A stretch of DNA of 64,000 nucleotides from Trichosphaerium sp. ATCC 40318 (lineage: Eukaryota; Protista; Tubulinea). The notes below the pieces were generated by a model. That model worked only from the letters and a program-made list of their open reading frames with translations. It was not told the origin of the DNA and ran no database searches. The stretch lies in the NCBI GenBank assembly GCA_038496445.1, contig JALMLS010000531.1, positions 124,001 through 188,000 of the forward strand, in the 5' to 3' direction. Positions within the stretch are counted from its first letter, which is position 1; every line of letters starts with the position of its first letter. Below, piece after piece: positions 12,175 through 25,349 of this stretch. The translations under genes and the position numbers were made by a program.

Positions 12175-15100
12175 ATGAACTCTATTACCGAATGTCCACT
12201 CTGTATGGAGGATTTGGACCAAGATGAGCGAGGTTTCTTCCCTTGCCCTTGCGATTATCAAGTACACGGGCTATTACTCTGCTAACGCTCACTACCACGT
12301 AGCTGTGCCGATTTTGTTTTAATAAAATACAAGAAGAATTAAAAGGCTTGTGCCCAGCATGTCGCCAGCCTTATCGAAAAGAAAAGTACCGATTAAAGCG
12401 ACAAAAGCAAACAAAGTACGTTCAGACGCTCGTTGTGTATTTTTAACCAGACCCACACAAAAAAACCTGATCTCTTCCCCAGCAAGCCCCACAAAGGAAA
12501 AGACAAAAAAGATACACCAGATTTAGCCAAAAAAAAGAAACCTGTAAAGAAACTTGGCGATGTGCGCGTCATACAGAGAAGTCTCGTCTACGTTACAAAT
12601 TTAAGTTTAAACATAGCAAAGGAAGACGTATGTGGCTCTTTTAGGCGGCACTTGGCACATTTCATTTTATTTCTACAATAATTAACTACATGCTGCAGAT
12701 CCTTCGCAAGTACGAGTATTTTGGTCAATATGGTAAACTCGTCAAAATAGTAATCAACAGAAATAATATTTACCAAACAACAAACGGCCCTTCAGTGTCA
12801 GCATACATTACCTTTGGCAAGGAAGATGATGCTGCTGCTTGTATACAAGCTGTAGATGGTACTCCATTAGAAAGTAGGGTTCTAAGGTATGTTACGCTAT
12901 AGCTAAAACAAAGTTTTAACCCCTTTGTGTGCAATTCCACTTTCCAACGTTTTTTTTTTGGTAAATATTTATTTATTTTTTCTTGGCCTTGTTGGACCTG
13001 TATATTTACTAATATATTTCTTAGAGCATCCTATGGCACAACAAAATATTGTCAATATTTTTTAAGGGCAATACGGTGTCCTAATCCAGATTGCATGTAT
13101 TTACATAAAAGGGCTCCTGAAAGGGATACTTTTACAAAAGATGACATGGCACAAGGTAAACACTTGATGCTAAAGGATGATGGAACAATGATGTATAAAA
13201 CTATCCATCCTCCTAAGGGTAAAAGGTAAGTATATCTTTGAATGGATAGAAGCACTTGATGGTTTTTTCATTTTTTTCCCAAATGACGACGAGGCGGTTT
13301 GTTTATTTGTAATGTTCGTTAGACAATCAAAATGCCACTTCTTTTTTGTGTAATTTTTATTTAAATCTTACTGCTTCTTAGGACGGTGTTACCTCCACCT
13401 ATTAGACGTGTACCTATAAAACCACCAATTAGCCAACCGCGTAAACTTGTAAGCTATTGTTTTGATCTTGTTTAGCGCCGAGCAAGCTTCGTTTTTTACT
13501 TTTTTTTCGTTTTTTCTTTTGGTTTCGTTCTCTTTGTTTTAGTAGACGACGCAAGTATTGTAAATAATTTTTTCAAACACTTACACCGCTCCTAGAGTTC
13601 CTCTGACGCTCCAATTTTATCAGACAATCCAAAGGGAAAAAATCCGTATGATTGTCTACCTAGTCAAAAAAATAGATCGCTGATGATTTTATTAGGCTTG
13701 CACAGTCATCTCCATCAGCATTACCAGCCACAGCAAATTGGTAATCTTTTTTTTTTCGTAACAATCTTTTGTATGTATCTGTTCTAAAATAACAAATAGG
13801 GCTTCCAAACTGCGGCCTGCAGGTCCACAGAGATCACGGTCGGGTTCAGAGCTCGGTACAGATTATGTAGACACAGTGGAGACTACTCAAGAACCACAAC
13901 AGACACAACCCCTAGAACCTCCCAAACAGCCCCATAAAGTTGTACAAAAAGCACCACAAGTACAACAACGTTCAAGAACGCCACCAGATATACGTAAAAG
14001 AGATGTCAGTCCAAAACCACAACTTACAGAACCTCCTGCTCCGAAAAAGGAGGAGTTGAAGCCACCTGCCAGTAAATTACCTTCAGGTTCTTCAGCCAAA
14101 AGTTCCGACACATTACCAAGCACAACGACCCTCACTGACTCCGGGAATATGTGGGAAGGTGAGCGAGTTGAGGATAACACTCAAAGAAGAGAAGTACGAC
14201 CACCTAGAACTTTGGCTCAAGAACATCCGACACAATCAATTTTGAACGATAAGTACGGTCTTTCTTGGCCTGCTGGCACAACAAGTACTTCTACACCACC
14301 AGTTCAAACTCAGTTACAAGGTACACAAAGAATTTTTTTTTACTGGCTTACAATGTTTGACTTCTTCTTACGCCCCTCAGGTAGCACGAATACGCCGCCA
14401 ACAAAGCCACAACACACAACAAATACACCTGCAGCTAAACCTACAGAACCTTGGATGGCGGTACCTGTAGGAGAACAAAGACCAACAAAATCACTGTTGG
14501 GTGCCCAAATTAATAATTCATCACATTTTTCATCCGAACACAATACCAAGGACCAGCAACAACATTTACAACAGTTGATGAGTCCACCACCTTATAATTC
14601 ACACCTTACACAGCTTCCAACATCTCATTTGTCCCCAATGCAGCCCTCACGAATGTCACATCTCCAAAACAACACAAGAGTTTCTCCACAACCTCTTCGT
14701 CACATGAACGGTCCACCAATGCACCAAAGAATGCCTTTACAGCAACCACAGATGCAAAACCCTTCAGAAATGCAAAGAGGCATGATGCCAGGTCCTTATT
14801 CGCCTTTTATGGGCGGCCAAGGATCACGTCCTGCACAATCACGGTTTCAGTTCGCGCAAGAGACTGCTGGAAATGGTGGCATGAGGCATGGACCTTTTGG
14901 TTATTCACCACAACAACAGCAGTCTTTACAAAAGCCATACGACTTTGTTGCACCACATACAAATCCTAATCACACAAGTATACATACAGACCATTACTTG
15001 CGTGCTGGAGAGCGGCAGAAACAGTTACGGGTAAGCATCTTTATTGAAGTTAATAATTTTTTCAAAGCAAAAAAACTTTTTTGTTTTGTCGCTGATCGCT

Positions 15101-15684
15101 TGTGTTTGTGTTTTGATCTTATTCTTTATTTAATTAGGCTATGCTTCCAAATATTCCAGTACATTTTAAGAACACAACACAGAACGTGCCTAATAAAACA
15201 GAAGGTAATATAAACATATTACATTTTACTTTTTTCTTTTTTTTTCTCACTCGTTTTTATCTAGAGTACCGACCTGTAGTTAATAATAATACACAAAAAT
15301 CCGATACATCACAGTATTATGCACAACTTTATAACAACCGTGTATGTCAAAGCGTACTTCTACCATTTTTTTTTGTTTGTTTTTTATCGAACACTTTCGT
15401 GTGTTTCTTGTACTCATACAACATAGTTTACTGGGCAACCTGTTGGCTCAAACCAATTTCATCAACCACAATCACATTACTTTAATAATACACTATCAAA
15501 TGACAGTGAAGGGACTAATAATAATAATAATCAAAGCTCTGAATTTAAGCAAACTACAAATAATCAAAAAGCTAAAAATTCTCAGCCTTGGCAAAACCAG
15601 AACTACAACACATGGGCAAAGCAACCACAACAACCACAACAAAACACAATGCACCCACCACCAGGGTTCCACCACTTCTCTTAG
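12175..15684 (+). CDS. CNOT4: CCR4-NOT subunit 4 (Not4) E3 ligase
   Basis: C4C4 RING CPLCMEDLD...FFPCPCDYQLCRFC...CPACRQPY; RRM VRVIQRSLVYVTNL...EYFGQYGK; CCCH SYGTTKYCQYFLR...CPNPDCMYLH; low-complexity tail ending PPGFHHFS. Confidence 0.95.
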
Positions 15685-15920
15685 TTCTTGTAGAAATAAT
15701 AAAAAGTCCACACAACCTATAAAAGATGAGAACAAAAAGTGTCGCTTGAGGCAATGTCTTCTCCATTACAAGTCACGTAAAGAGTTGGCATCTACGTTTT
15801 TTATTCAGTAAACATTATACTACGTGCAAGTACGGAGTATAAAGACCGTTATTCGAGTTGATTTGCAACCTCGTACCTTAACACCTTTTGTTTTTTTTTT
15901 TCTCAAAGCGTTATGGTATT

Positions 15921-18900
15921 ATGGCTGCTCCGCTGTTCGCACTAATAGAGTCTGGATCGTGCTCCAAGAGACAATTTAAATCAGCGTTGAAAAAACAGCA
16001 CAAGGATGTTGTTTTCTCTGTAGACAAGCTTCAAAAGACACTACTACATGCCTCATGCGAGAAGGGAAACAAAATTGTCGCGCAACTGCTGTTAGACAAG
16101 TATAAGTTGGATATCAACGCAAGGGACGGTTTAGGCCTTACTGCACTTCACTATGCCCTAAAACATGGTCAACTGACTATTGTACATGCGTTGCTTGATA
16201 AAGGAGCCGATTCAGGGTCAGTTTATTATTTTGTATTGTTATTTCTGACGCAAGGCTATAGAGTCATAAACTCTGATGGTGACACTATTTTGCACATATT
16301 CGCTGGTGGTACTGAGATTTTATTTTTCTTTTTTGGCGATTTACTCTCAACGTAGTAAGTAAGACCTCAGACAACGCAGAATTATATACTTCTGTCATTG
16401 CAATGTTGGTGACAAATTCTAAAGCGATCAACGCTCAGGTAACTTACAATGCGCTATTATTGCATAGGCATTACCACCAATATTATTTTTGAGCAACTTC
16501 AAACCATTTTTGTAGAATCAATTCAAAGAGACGCCATTACACGTCGCAGTGCGACAAAATCGCGTAGAGTGGGTAGAAGCACTGATTAAAAAAAAGTGCA
16601 ATGTTAACGCGATTGATCAGTGCGTCACAGGTCATTCCTTCTGTCTATTATTGCTAATTCTAGCGTCAAAGATCCAAAGAAACAGCGTTACATGTAGCAG
16701 CGAGACAAGGATTAGTGCAAATGGCAAAAATCCTTCGAAAGGCGAAAATAGACATTAATATGCGCGGAAAAAACGGATCAGCGTTGACAGTGGCTACAGA
16801 TAGTAGAAGTAAAGGAAAAGAGCAACTTGCTCAATTACTAGAAGGTACGTTATAACGGGAATGCGTCCCGCAATCATCATTGATTAATCATGTCACTGTT
16901 GTCATTAACCTTATTGTTTCGTCACTATAGTGACTATGACTTTATTGTAAATTTACAGCACATGTATCACCAATAACTTGTTGAAAATGTTGACAATCTC
17001 GTTGCTTGTTTTTTTTTCTTTATTTTTGTAGTTTTGTGCTTACTATCTATTTTGAATAGGCTGGGGTCTTGTGCCGTCAGAGTCTTCAAGCTCTTCTATT
17101 TCATCATCAGAATCTTCTTCGGAAGAACCTCCAAAGCCTGTAGAGAAGAAAGACCCTCCACCAAAGGCAACCGAAAAGAAACCTGTAGCAAAAAAACCTG
17201 CACCTTCACGACCGACAAAGGCACCTGCGAAACCACCGCTGCGAAGTTCTTCCAGATCTAATCGAAGCGAAAAAAGCAGTAAGCAGCAGCCTGGAGCTGG
17301 GAGCAAAGATAATGGAACCAAGAAAGCAGAACGCACTAATGGTGGCAGTAAAGTCAATACTGACACTCCACCTTTACCTAAGGCTGGAAGTATAAGAAAA
17401 CAAACATCAAATCGTAGTTTCTCTGGTGGTCTCAGACAAAGCGTGTCTGAGGACTCTACAAGTAGTATGGCATTGGGTCGTTCAGTATCTAGAAATCAGT
17501 CTTATGATAGTCTTATTTCTTCACCTGGTACTTCTGCTTCAGGTCCTAAAAGGTACGGCTTTATTTTTTCTGGTTGAGGCATTTGTCATGTTAATTGAGT
17601 TTGTTAAGGCCACGAACACAAGATTCATTTAGTTCTGGTACCAGCGAAAGTCAGCTAACTGGTATGCTAATGCAAAGTAACCTTGATGTTGCAAAGGTAC
17701 GCATCGCCTATTGTATAGTCGCTTCAGAGCATGGTGTTTGACAGTTTTTTTTTCAGACTATGATGAAGCATCGTAGACAGATTAAAGTCAATATTTTGGA
17801 TCAAATTTCCAAAGTATACGCTGAATTTTTGAAGCAGCTTAACATGTTGAGGGTACGTGATAAGTTTGTATAATACAGACACCTGATGTTGATGTAGGAT
17901 TTTTTTAATGATGCTGTAAACACGGCAAATGTTGTCCCGGCTGAAGAGTTAAAACCGCTCAAAACACCATTATGGGTTCGTTTTTTTGCATGTCATCCTT
18001 GGGATTTTATTAACAGTCTATTGTTTAGGAAATATCAGCTATGGCTCGTAATATTTCTGAGGAGCTTAATCAGCGTATTCAGCAAGAAAGATCAGATAAA
18101 GAAGGAATATATGGTGATTTAATGACAAATAATGCAAATTATCTTAAACATCACTTTGAGTATATTAAGCAATTTGATTTCTTATTACGTGGATTGAATA
18201 AGAATCAAGAGTTTAAAAAATGGTTAAAAGAGAAAGAAAAAGATAAAACAACGCGGAGTAAGCTTGAAGGAGTTCAAGGTGAGTCAATATTTTTTTGAAA
18301 TTATTTTTTTTGAATCAAATATCCCACTATCCTTGCACTGAAGAAACGTTAAAATTTACACTACCTATTGTAATATACTATCTTGGTATATACGAAGGTT
18401 TTTCATTCATTCAAAAGGCTGTCATGTAGCGCAAGGATCTTTTTTTTTGAAAAGTAAAAAACATTGCTTATAATTGTTTGTAGTGCCAAGTATTGTCTGT
18501 CTTATGATACAACCGGTTGCTTTTGTATCTAAATTATTACTTCTCATACAAGATTTATGCAACGTCACACCAGAATCAAACCCGGATCATTCATCTCTTA
18601 AGGCTGCTTTGGATAGAACCAGAAAAGCTGTTGAGAAGTTTAAGTTGATAAAGGACGAGTCAATAAATGCAAAGAGAATAGGAGAGATAGAATCTTCGCT
18701 GCAGGTTCGCTTGTTTAAAATTTAAAAGAGTTTTTCTTTTAACAGTTATATTACAAGGGATATCCTCATCAATTGAGTATACAAGATAGAAAACTTATCA
18801 AAGAAGGCGACCTTACGTTGTTATCTACGAAAAAAGATCATCATATCAAGTTATTCTTGTTTAATGACTTGCTACTTATTGCTCGATCTGGAGGTACTTT

Positions 18901-21093
18901 TTTGGACAGTGATTTGTTTCTATGCCTCAAAAAGACAGTCAAGACTACTTACAAACAATCTCTTGAATTACCTTTTACCGTTCTATGAATCTAAGCGTTC
19001 ATTTGGTTTATTGACTTTATTTTCCAGGTGCCAGAAGTAAAATTAAAAGAAACTTCTCCTCGTTTCCCCCAATTCAAGCTGTCACTTCACCATCTCGTCC
19101 TCTCGCCTGTATAACATATCTGGAGCTTACTGAAATACATGTTCTCCGACACCAAACAAGAGACAAGGATGATACATCAAGCAGTGGTACAAAACGAAAA
19201 GGCAACTCCGGAAAGATGCCAAAGAAGCGCTCGGAGACAGATTTGCAAAAGTCTATGGAAGCACTGAGCGTTTCAGCACCGAGAGTATCTAGTATATATA
19301 AGTATCTCACTAGTTTTAATCACAGTATGCTTGTAGCTTAGAAGAGCTTCTATTGAACTTGTGAGCATCCAAAAAGTTATCATTATTATGATTTCTGCTC
19401 ATAAGTTTTTTAGTGTATGCTCGTGGTTATACCCGTATATTATTATTTACATATTGATTTATACCTTGTTACTTGTTTATTAACGCTTTTTAAAGCAGCA
19501 ACGTCTTTTATTGTTGGACGTGAAGGTAAGACAGTTACAGTTATGGCAAAGGATGCAAGGACACGTAATGAGTGGGTATCTGCTATAGGCACGTGTTTTT
19601 TTTTAAAACTTATATGTTGTACTTGTGTACTCATTCTTGTTTAGCCAACCAGGTAACTACAAAACCAAAGGATAATTGGGCAGATTGGCATACTCCTGAT
19701 TCGCTGGTACGTTTTTTTCCTTCTTTTGACTGGTTATGTTTGTTTTGAGTTGTTAATGTCCTATTTGTAGGGAGCAACACCTAAAGCGCGTAAGAATCAT
19801 ACCGCCACTTTGATTGGCGATCTTGTATATATATTTGGAGGATCTGGACCAACTCAAACAAGCAATAATTATTACTTTAATGATCTCACAATTTACAATT
19901 TAAGTACGTTATCATTATTTCGAATCTTTATGCTTGTGACTCCATTGCTTATACATATTGTTAGCTACCAAAGTATGGAAATATTTGAACTGCTCAGGAA
20001 CTGTACCAACACCTAGAATCGGTCATATAGCGTGCCGGATGCCAAATGACAAAATTGTATTATTTGGTGGAACAGATGCAAAGGCTACACTAAACGACTC
20101 TTATATTTTTTCTACGCTAAGGTGTGAATGGAAAACAGTACAAGCTGATGGAGATATACCACCTGTACGTCAAAAAAATTTTATTACTGTGGGAGCTAAC
20201 GCTTTCATAGCCAGCAAAGGGCAGCGCAGGCGCAATTGTTGATAATTTTCTTTATGTTTTTGGTGGTGTAGTTAAAGGAGGTAATCATGATAATAACCTG
20301 TACGCTTTGTCTTTGGAAGATAGTAAATGGTGTTGGATAAATGCTAAAGGTCATAATCCATCACCTGTTGGTCATCATACGCTAACTGCGATTTGTACGT
20401 TTTCCTCTATACTGTCTTTGTGTTTTTTTTAACATTATTGTCTAGCAAATAAGTTGTACTTGTTTGGTGGTCGTGATAAACGTAAGATATTCAATTCTCT
20501 TGCTGTTATGGATCCTAAGATTAAGATATGGACTTCTATTGATAATATTACAGCTCCTCCTCCTCGTCACTCTCATTCTGCGTTTGAGTATGGTGGTAAA
20601 TTGCTTATTTCTGGTGGAAAAGGAGACCATGGTATTATTTATAATGATTTGTGGTACTACGATCCTAATAGACATCAGTGGGAGGTACTGTTCTTATTTT
20701 ATTTTGAAAGCGTATTGACTTTGTTGTAGGAGATAACGTTCAAGTTTGAGATGCCTGTACGAAGCTTTTTTAACATCTTCTTGTTTTTTACTTTTTCGTA
20801 TGGCTTGAGTTCGGCGTTTTGTTGATTTTTTTTGCTTAGGGTCGTTTCTTACATACTTGTACACCATTTTCCACAAAAGAGGAGAACGCAGTTTTCGTTT
20901 ATGGTGGAGAATACATGGATGGGTACGTTAATTGCTGTTTTATCTTTTTTTGAGAATTATACACTTTTTGTGCTTCTTTTTGGTTAACCAAAATATTAGG
21001 AATAAAGCTACTGCATGTGTTATAAAGGGACAAACATTAGATTTATCAATTATACACTCAAGGCCACAACAAGCCAAGAAACGAACTAGATAA
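15921..21093 (+). CDS. Ankyrin repeat + DH/PH (RhoGEF-like) + Kelch repeat protein
   Basis: Ankyrin motifs (TLLHASC, GLTALHYA, ETPLHVA); DH-like LMIQPVAFVSKLLLLIQDLCNVTPESNPDHSSL; split PH (RKLIKEGDL...LFLFNDLLL...RNEWVSAI); Kelch repeats (VYIFGG, VLFGG, LYLFGG, LLISGG). Confidence 0.85.
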
Positions 21094-21368
21094 ATTGTAC
21101 TTTATTATTTACAAATGTTTTTCTTTTTCCAACCATTTTTTTGTTTAACGCAAAGGAAATTCTTTTTTTATTACTTGTTTGCGTCTTGGTTGGCATTCTG
21201 TTCTCAATTCTCTTGTCATCACTTAGCCATGGGGTTAAGGTAAGGCCAACTTTGCTTGAATTTATACTAAGCGGACTTTGACAGGCAAAGTCTGTCGAAA
21301 TTTAATAACGCCGTTAGTGATTATCACAAGCAATAACACCGTAGAATTACAAAAATAATTATCAAAGC

Positions 21369-23209
21369 ATGTCAACACTACGTATAGGAATAAGTTCTTG
21401 TCTGGCTGGAAATCCAGTTAGGCATAACTCCAATCATTGCGGAAACCACAAGTTTGTAAAGGCTCTACGCAGGTAAGCGGCATTAGACATCGTATTTAAG
21501 TTGTTCAAGCTTTTTTGCTTAAAACTTTGTAGTTACGGTGCTGAGTTTGTCGCAGTATGCCCAGAGGTAGAAATCGGCCTTCCTACACCTCGTAAGGTAT
21601 GAAACGGAGAATTTTTAAAATACTTCCGAAAGATCTACGCGCCGTTGTAACCCATACTAATTGTTTTATTAAGCAAATGAGACTTGTTGGTGGTGTTATC
21701 GGACGAATTAGAGACATTGAAGGCAAGAAATAAGCGATTTTTCATTTTTTCCGTTTTTGGCGCCGGACTATTTTACTTATCGTTGTAATACAGACTGGGG
21801 CAAAGTATATGATAAGACAGTTAATTTAGTAGTAAGAGAAACAGGTGAAGATTTAACCTCAAGAATGCAAACATACGCAAGAGCAAAGGTATGTCTCCCT
21901 AACGCCACTGAGATCATCAATCATACCAACGCATTATTTGATTTTTTTGTTGAGTTCAATTTCTCACTTGACTCGCCGTCAAGTTCGATTTTTTTTTTGA
22001 CGTTGTTGACGTTGTAATGTAGGTTGCTTCTTTAAAACAGATGAACTTGGATGGTTACATTTTAAAGAGTAAATCTCCGAGTTGTGGGATAAATGGTATT
22101 AAATTATATCAATCACAAAAGAGTCATGGCGCTAATGGTAGTGGTCCAGGCAGTACGTATTTTACTTTTTCTTTTTTGAATTTTTTTTAGATAGTTTCTC
22201 CATTTTTTGAAAAATTACTTACGGGTTTTGATAGTGTACGCTCGTGTTTTGATAGATGAATGGCCTACGCTTCCTATTGAAGAAGAAGGTACGGAAAATT
22301 TTATTTGTGAAATTGAGTGTCAAAGTGGAGCTGTCGAATGTTTTTTTTGTAAAACTTGTACAAGCGTGATTGCGAAGTTGACATTTTTTTTCTATTAGGA
22401 CGGTTGAATGACATCAATATTCGTGCTCATTTTATTATACGCATATTATGCCATAAGTACGACTCAATTACGTATAGAATAAATTACTTACAACCTCTTA
22501 GTGCATTCAGGAACATCACTAGAAAAAACTATAAAAACTTGAAAGAATTTCACAACAAAGTACGTTTCCAGGTGTACTAAAACCTTTATTTTTCTCGCAT
22601 TCCGTGTGTTCTGTCTCTAATTATGTGTGAATAGAATAAATATGTAATGATGGCACACTGTGAAGATGTAATGCCACAACTGGATAAATTACTATCAAAA
22701 CACAAAAACAGCGAAAATATTGAGGAGCTTTATGAGAAGTATTATCAACAGTTTTTCCAAGGAATCAAGAAAAGAGCTACGCGTAGCTCTACACGTAAAT
22801 CACTTGTCCATCTCATAGGTACGAAACTTCATCAATCAATCCTTAACGAGCAAAACAGCTAAAAGCCTGAAAACCTTCCTTCATTTTTTTTGGTTTTTTT
22901 TTGACTGGCGTTCTTTGAATTGGTGCTGTCACGAGACGTACCAAACACGTTTTACGTACATTCTACCACGTGTTACTGACTGTTTTTCTTGAAGATTATT
23001 TGAAAAAGAACGTTGACGTTGATGATCGTGATGAGATGATTCAATTGGTTGAAGAGTACCATAATGGAGAAGTACCTTTCACAATTCCATCAACACTGAT
23101 AACACACCACTTACGAAAAGCGGCAAAAAAATCACCACCTGCTATTGTTTATCGTCATGAAGTATTACTTCAGACTCACCCATTACAACGTACTGTACTT
23201 ATGCTTTAA
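21369..23209 (+). CDS. DUF523 + DUF1722 fusion (YbgA/RudS-like Fe-S thiouridine desulfidase), intron-containing
   Basis: RIGISSCLAGNPVRHN, FVAVCPEVEIGLPTPR, GYILKSKSPSCG, PIEEEGRLND...HF, then DUF1722-like EFH.KNKYVMMAH...LVHLI.YLKK...EEYHNGEVP. Confidence 0.85.
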
Positions 23210-23796
23210 GAAAGAAAAAAGTAACAAAAGACCCAAGGAGAAACAAAAATCCTCTTGTTTTGTTTTTTTTTTATTCACCAAAGAAAAGAACGTGTTGTAA
23301 TAAAATTGTAAATACTCGATTGTTCACATAAACCAGCAATAAAAATACATAAGATTAGTAACTATCCAAGTCTACATATAAAATAATAACAAATCATTGC
23401 ACGTTTGCTTCAATCTTCCACGAAACAGTTTTTTGTTTTTTCATTAGTTTAAAAACACTAAGAAATAAGACTTCAAAGAACTTTCCAAAATCAGTTACTC
23501 AGTACCGTCAATCCACATATCTTGTAGCTTGAATTTTCCACTCTCATACCAATCCTTGGATTCACTGCATTGGTTACCATTAACCCATCACTGGTATTTT
23601 TGGTTTGCCTTTTTTCGTATACGTTGCATACTGTGTACACAACCACGGCCGTTTAGTTTCACTGAACTCACTCGGCCTTTAGTTTATATCAATAGAAACG
23701 TCTGCAACTAGTAATATCACATTGTAGTTTGTGTTGTTTACAACAATAAACGCTATTAACCACCAAACAACATATACAAGTTCGGATCAGCAACCA

Positions 23797-24912
23797 ATGG
23801 ACTTCATTACGCTCCCAGTTGAGATAATCACTACTATACTCCTGTACGTCGAGTTTGCACTTCATTCATCTCAAACATGCCATCTCATGCGAGAAATTGT
23901 CCGCAAATACGTTGGATATAGTTCTATCATTGTGAAGTATGAAAGCCAACTATTGACACTTTCTGGAAGCCCTTTGATGAAGAATACGAATATCTACTTG
24001 CATAGAAATATTGCAAGTGATGTAAATCTAAAGGCGTTGGCAAGTGTACACACTATTAAGTTAAAAAGGTGTAGCAACATAACAGATGAGGGCATCATAG
24101 CTTTGACTGGTGTACACGAAATTGATTTGACACATACAAAGGTTACTGATAAGGGATTGAAGGCTTTAGCTGGTGTACATACAATTAAGTTAGAATATTG
24201 TCAAGGAATAACAGATGAAGGTGTCAAAGAGCTTAAAGGAGTTCATTCTATTCATTTAGGGAAAACTAATATTACTGGGGAATGTTTAAAGGCGTTGGCA
24301 GGTGTGCATACTATATTTTTGAATTGTACACCAATTTCTGATTATAATGTGAAAGAGTTGAAAGGAGTTCACACTATTTCATTAGAAAACTGTACCAACA
24401 TTACAGATGACGGTATCAATTCATTAGCAGGCGTACACACTATCAACTTGATTGACTGTATATCTATAACAGATGAGGGTGTCAAGGCATTGGCAGGTGT
24501 ACATAAAATTAGATTATCTTTCTTGAAAACAATTACAGATGATGGCATAATGGCACTAGCAGGTGTACATGAAATCAATCTACTAGGCACCAATGTTACA
24601 GATGAGGGTGTCAAGGCATTGGCTGGTGTACATAAAATCAATTTAGGATACACTGATATTACAGATGATGGTTTAAGGGCCTTGGCTGGTGTGCATACAA
24701 TAAAAATCCCACATTGTCCGTATGTTACGGACTGGGGTATTGCAGCACTTGTTGGTGTTGATACAATTCATATGACTCGATGTCTGAGTGTAGATGGTGA
24801 AGGCTTACTGAAACTTATTGGTGTAAAAAAAGTGGTTTATGGTAGTATTAGTAAACTTATCATTGCTACTTTGAAAAGCAGAGGAGTAATATTGAAAAGG
24901 AGATTGTTTTAG
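23797..24912 (+). CDS. Intronless F-box + leucine-rich repeat protein (about 11-12 LAGVHTIxL repeats)
   Basis: ORF 23731-24912 with ATG at 23797; F-box start FITLPVEIITTILLYV; tandem 22-24-aa repeats ITDEGVKALAGVHTINL. Confidence 0.85.
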   Translation: MDFITLPVEIITTILLYVEFALHSSQTCHLMREIVRKYVGYSSIIVKYESQLLTLSGSPLMKNTNIYLHRNIASDVNLKALASVHTIKLKRCSNITDEGIIALTGVHEIDLTHTKVTDKGLKALAGVHTIKLEYCQGITDEGVKELKGVHSIHLGKTNITGECLKALAGVHTIFLNCTPISDYNVKELKGVHTISLENCTNITDDGINSLAGVHTINLIDCISITDEGVKALAGVHKIRLSFLKTITDDGIMALAGVHEINLLGTNVTDEGVKALAGVHKINLGYTDITDDGLRALAGVHTIKIPHCPYVTDWGIAALVGVDTIHMTRCLSVDGEGLLKLIGVKKVVYGSISKLIIATLKSRGVILKRRLF

Positions 24913-25349
24913 TAGTATTAGTCTCTTCACGTGAGCAACAATAAATTTATACATTAGCTATGTAACAAGAAACTGCGATCAGGAAGTACTCTAACAACTT
25001 GTTGTCCTGTTTCATTCAAGGTCAAGGATGATATTAATTGCATCAACTATGCATAGCTTAAATGGTTTGCACATACGAGTGTGATAGCAACGGTTTTTAA
25101 AATGCAAATTACTTTTTTTTGTCACGTGACACAGTTACTCACTTTTATTGTTTTGTTTGTTTATATGAATACCTCAATAACAGTAATATGGATATCTGGA
25201 GCACAAATAATCGCAACACATCTAGGTATAAATGTTAGTCATATTCTTTCACTGGCTCGAAGGTTGCCTGATGAAAACAAAAAAGATTTTGGTGAAATTT
25301 CATTTTTTTCAAGCTAGATTGTACTGTTTCATTAATTAGTTAATACACA

